A DNA stretch of 64,000 nt from an uncultured Chloroflexia bacterium. GTDB taxonomy: Bacteria > Chloroflexota > Limnocylindria > Limnocylindrales > CSP1-4. A program made the translations under genes and the position numbers. The stretch spans positions 435,440-499,439 of the forward strand of contig CAVZYT010000005.1 in assembly GCA_963779575.1 (NCBI GenBank), given 5' to 3'. The notes under the pieces were generated by a model. That model made no database searches and was not told the origin of the DNA. It saw only the letters and a list, made by a program, of their open reading frames with translations. Position 1 is the first letter of the stretch, and each line of letters opens with the position of its first letter. Positions 60,727 to 64,000 of this stretch are shown piece after piece.

Positions 60727-61944
60727 TCAGCCGGCGCCGGTGATCGTGGTGGTCAGCCGCGACAGCGGCTCGCTCAGCGCGTCGACGGCGGCGGCGAGCT
60801 CGGTGATCTCGGCCGGCGACAGGGCGTCGTAGTGGGTGAAGCCCTTGTCGATCGAGCCGTGCTTCGCGAGCAGGACGTCGAGCGCGTCGAAGCGCTGGGT
60901 CAGGGTCGCGGCGAGCGCCGGGTCCTTCGCCTGCGCGACGTCTTCGAGGACCTCGAACGCCACCCTGGCGCCGTCGACGTTGGCCTGGAAGTCCCACAGG
61001 TCCGTGTGCGACCAGATCTCCTCCTCGCCGGTCACCTTGCCCGTGGCGACCTCGTCGAGGAGCTCCTTGGCGCCGTTCGAGATCTGGAACGCCTCGAAGG
61101 TGAAGTCGGCAGCGTTGACCTTGTCGACGAGCTGCTGCGTCCGGGTCACGAGGTCCTTCGCCGCGGCCTCGCGCTCGGCCGCGGTCAGCGGCACGTACGC
61201 CGCCCCGCCGTTGGCGTCCGGCGCCGGCGGCCAGAGGTCCTTCTCGATGTAGTGCCAGCCGCTCCAGGTCTCGTCCGCCGCGAGGTCGGCCTCGCGGGCA
61301 TCGAGGAGCGGGTCGAGGTCGCCGAACGACTCGGCGACGGGCTCGATGCGCTCCCAATGGACGCGGGTCTGCGCGTACAGCTGGCGCGCCGTCGCCGCGT
61401 CGCCCTTCGCGTAGGTCTCGGCGAACGTCCTGGTCGCGGCGATCAGCGATCCGGCCTGGTCCTTGACATAGGCGACGTACGCCGCCTCGGCGTCCTTGAG
61501 CTGCTTGGCGATGTCCCCGACGGGGCCCACCGACGCGCCCGAGTCGGTCACGGTGAACGCGGACCGGATGCCATCGCCGGCCATCCCGGGCTTGCAGGCG
61601 GCGAAGTAGGCGCCGGGCGGCACCTGGACCAGCAGGTCGCGCGTGAGGCCCGGGCCGATGTTCTCGACCTCGCCGACCACCCGCAGGCCGTCCTCGCCCA
61701 GCAGGTAGAACTCGGTGACCTCGTCGCCCGAGTTCCTGACCTTGAACGTGAGCGGGCCCGACGGCGCCGTGTCGGGCGAGACGCGACACGCCGTCGCATT
61801 CGAATCCACCTCGACCACACCGGCGCCACCGACCGCCGGGGCGTTGGAGACGCAGCCCGCGAGCAGCGGGAGGACGAACAGGGCGAGGGCCGCGCGCGCG
61901 GCGGGGACGGCGGTCGGGCGCAACAACGAGCCTCCGTGCGACAT
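60727..61944 (-). CDS. efeO: iron uptake system component EfeO (cupredoxin plus M75-like domain) lipoprotein
   Basis: Lipobox LLAGC. N-terminal cupredoxin-like FKVRNSGDEVTEFYL. RVHWERIEPVAESFGDLDP, GWHYIEKDLW, HTDLWDF. Confidence 0.9.
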   Translation of the reverse strand: MSHGGSLLRPTAVPAARAALALFVLPLLAGCVSNAPAVGGAGVVEVDSNATACRVSPDTAPSGPLTFKVRNSGDEVTEFYLLGEDGLRVVGEVENIGPGLTRDLLVQVPPGAYFAACKPGMAGDGIRSAFTVTDSGASVGPVGDIAKQLKDAEAAYVAYVKDQAGSLIAATRTFAETYAKGDAATARQLYAQTRVHWERIEPVAESFGDLDPLLDAREADLAADETWSGWHYIEKDLWPPAPDANGGAAYVPLTAAEREAAAKDLVTRTQQLVDKVNAADFTFEAFQISNGAKELLDEVATGKVTGEEEIWSHTDLWDFQANVDGARVAFEVLEDVAQAKDPALAATLTQRFDALDVLLAKHGSIDKGFTHYDALSPAEITELAAAVDALSEPLSRLTTTITGAG

Positions 61945-61986
61945 GGGGACTGGCGGGCCGGGCCTCGACTAGGCCCGGGAGCGGGT

Positions 61987-62881
61987 TCAGGCGGCCGGCG
62001 TGGACACCGGTTCGGCGGGTTCGCCGCGATCGCCCGGACCGCGATCGCCCGGGGTGATCCGCGCGGGCGGCGGAGCGGAACCCCAGACGAGCCTGATGAA
62101 CAGGATCGAGACCGGGACGATGTAGGCGACCCAGGCGATCGCCTGGAGCCACGTCGTGGCCGGCGAGAAGTTGAAGACGCCCTTGAGGGTCGTGCCGAGG
62201 ACGCTCGCCGGGGGGATCGTGGCCGACACGTCGAAGGCCAGGTTGTCGATCGCCCGGCAGGATCCCCGCCTCCTGGAGATCGTGGACCCCATAGGCGAGC
62301 ACGCCCGCCGCGACGACGATCAGGAACAGGCCGGTCCAGGCGAAGAACGAGCGCAGGTTCAGGCGCAGCGCGCCGCGGTAGATCGCCCACCCGATCAGGA
62401 ACGAGGTCGCGAGGCCGAGCAGGGCGCCCACCAGCGGCGCCGCCGACGTCGTCTGTGCCGCCTGGGCGCCCACCCACAGGTACAGGGCGGTCTCGAGGCC
62501 CTCGCGCCCGACCGCCAGGATCGCGACGACGAACACGGCGCCGGCACCGGCTGAGATCGCGCCATCCAGCTTGGCGTGCAGCTCGGCCTTCATGTAGCGC
62601 GCCATGCGCGCCATCCAGAAGATCATCCAGGTGATCAGGGCGACAGCCAGGATCGAAAGCGTGCCGCCGATCGCCTCCTGCGCCTCGAAGCTGAGGCCGC
62701 TTGGCCCGAACGTCAGCAGCGCACCGAACGCGATCGACGCCCCGGCAGCGACCGCGACCCCCGCCCACACGACCGGCAGGAGGTCCCGCCGCTCGGTCTT
62801 GACCAGGTACGCGATCAGGATTCCGACGACGAGCGCCGCCTCGAGGCCTTCACGCAGTCCGATCAGGTAGTTGGCGAGCAT
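61987..62881 (-). CDS. efeU: FTR1-family high-affinity iron permease EfeU; one frameshift near 62255
   Basis: Two REGLE motifs (GLREGLEAAL, GREGLETAL). The C-terminal part AIDNLAFDVSATIPP...WVAYIVPVSILFIRL lies in ORF 61987-62292. Confidence 0.88.
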
Positions 62882-62957
62882 GGCGGGGCGCAGCTCCGAG
62901 GCGATGAAGGTGCCGCCGAGCGGGGAGGGCTCGAGGGGCTGTTCGGTTGACGTTGCA

Positions 62958-62987
62958 ACTGTAGGGAGCCTTGCCCGCGGGTGTCAA
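62958..62987 (-). promoter_or_regulatory. putative efeUOB promoter: TTGACA - 18 nt - TACAGT
   Basis: Minus strand reads TTGACAcccgcgggcaaggctcccTACAGT. A second TTGACA lies 13 bp upstream (62995-63000). The palindrome GTTGCAAC (62953-62960) overlaps the -10. Confidence 0.4.
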
Positions 62988-63045
62988 GCCCGCTTGTCAA
63001 TTCGAGTCAGGGTGCCCTCAGTCCGACCCCTTGGGGGATCCGTGC

Positions 63046-64000
63046 CTAGGTCGCCCGGCGGAACCTGCGCCCGATCAGCAGCCACGCCGGCAGCCTGCCG
63101 AGCGCCGCCTCGAGGGAGGGGCCTGGCCCGCCGTCGCGACGCTCGATGGCCAGCGCCGGCGGCCGGTCGGCGCCCGGCCGAGCGTCCACGCCGACGAGGT
63201 CGACCACCAGCTTGCCCGGCTCCGGTTCGCCCAGGTCGGCCAGCGCCGCCGCCGGCCACACGCCCGTCGCCGATTCCAGGCGGAGCTCGTGCTCGGCGCG
63301 CCAGCGCGGACGCCGCAGCAGAATCGCCCGCCAGCCCTCGGCAACGTCGCGGGTCACCGTCCCGTCGCCGGCGACCGGAGCGGTCGAGACCCGTTCGCCC
63401 CGTGCCCACAGCGACGCCTGGTGGAGGAGCGTGTACTCGTCCAGGTCCGCGAACGCGCCGAGCCGCTCGGCCGGGGACCCGTCGCCGAACACGGCGCGGA
63501 TCGACGGCGCGAAGACCTCGGCCAGGTCGAGGTCGATCGCTCGCACGGTCCGGTGCAGGTAGACGTGCTGGTGCATGAACAGCCGCGCGGTGAGGAACAT
63601 CTCCAGGGCGCCCACGCCCGACTCGTACAGCGTGAGGCCGCGCTCGGAAATGAACGAGTAGCGCCGCAACCGCTCGGCATCGACCGGTCCCATCGAGACG
63701 CCGGTGAGGTAGGCGTCGCGCCGGACGTAGTCCAGGTTGTCGACGGTGAACACGCCCGACAGCAACGGTTGGAGGATCCGCACCCACCCGGGCATGGACG
63801 GGTCAACGAGCGGCGGCTTGGATACCAGGAACGAGACCCAGCGTGGGTCGATCGTCTCGCCCGCGGCGAACCGGTCGCGCTCGGGGACGGCGCCCGGAGC
63901 TCTTCGCAGGCCGCGGATGTGCGGCCCCAGCTCACGCTCGATCACGAGCTGCGAGAGGTCCTCGTGGCTGAGGGTCTTGGCTCCCGGACGCCGCGGGTCG
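63046..64000 (-). CDS. HD-domain phosphohydrolase, SAMHD1/dGTPase-like C-terminal part; N-terminus runs off the window
   Basis: [42 protein letters not shown]. The reading frame stays open upstream of the listed start to position 64000. Confidence 0.7.
   Translation of the reverse strand, partial: DPRRPGAKTLSHEDLSQLVIERELGPHIRGLRRAPGAVPERDRFAAGETIDPRWVSFLVSKPPLVDPSMPGWVRILQPLLSGVFTVDNLDYVRRDAYLTGVSMGPVDAERLRRYSFISERGLTLYESGVGALEMFLTARLFMHQHVYLHRTVRAIDLDLAEVFAPSIRAVFGDGSPAERLGAFADLDEYTLLHQASLWARGERVSTAPVAGDGTVTRDVAEGWRAILLRRPRWRAEHELRLESATGVWPAAALADLGEPEPGKLVVDLVGVDARPGADRPPALAIERRDGGPGPSLEAALGRLPAWLLIGRRFRRAT

Noticed and set aside
59351-62881. A single 1176-aa ORF that looks like a giant gene
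   Set aside because: Only its ends are real coding sequence: the efeU N-terminus and efeB, which happen to share a frame. The middle is an Arg/Gly/Pro-rich out-of-frame read-through across efeO. Three ordinary genes (efeU, efeO, efeB) explain the interval.

Overview
This is a high-GC (roughly 70%) chromosomal segment. Gene content looks like an actinobacterium-like or Chloroflexota-like soil organism: F420-type LLM and PPOX enzymes, many lipoproteins, and several promoters placed for leaderless mRNAs. I can support about 65 protein genes and two tRNA genes (Ile-UAU and Arg-UCG). I saw no rRNA, CRISPR array, transposase, integrase or phage genes.

Recognisable blocks:
- Central metabolism: fumC, thiolase, erpA.
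- A PadR plus SHOCT/PLDc_N cluster.
- A MarR-fusion gene divergent from a DrrAB-like ABC exporter.
- A MerR - F420-LLM - Opu-type compatible-solute ABC operon.
- ATP-dependent DNA ligase; rhodanese with a class V aminotransferase.
- A tRNA-flanked cluster: NERD-like membrane protein, PT-repeat/SH3 membrane protein, orphan DNA methyltransferase, large LuxR (LAL) regulator.
- A cupredoxin and an AlaX-like protein; an ECF sigma/anti-sigma pair; Crp.
- pntAA-pntAB-pntB, htrA and efeUOB.
- A dense set of second-messenger genes: three class III cyclases with different sensor modules, a FIST sensor and a GGDEF protein.

A major caveat is that at least 19 conserved genes can only be read by changing frame one to six times. 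I flag these explicitly. Without reads I cannot tell assembly indels from real decay.

The observations I find most unusual:
- A roughly 510-bp non-coding gap packed with CATG palindromes upstream of the MerR operon.
- A tRNA-Ile with a UAU anticodon.
- A CACCGGACC motif array in the divergent region next to that tRNA.
- The FIST-cyclase-GGDEF cluster and the uncharacterised SHOCT cluster.

I cannot demonstrate a complete novel system from sequence alone. Candidates are ranked in the findings. All family assignments rest on motif recognition by eye, not on database searches.
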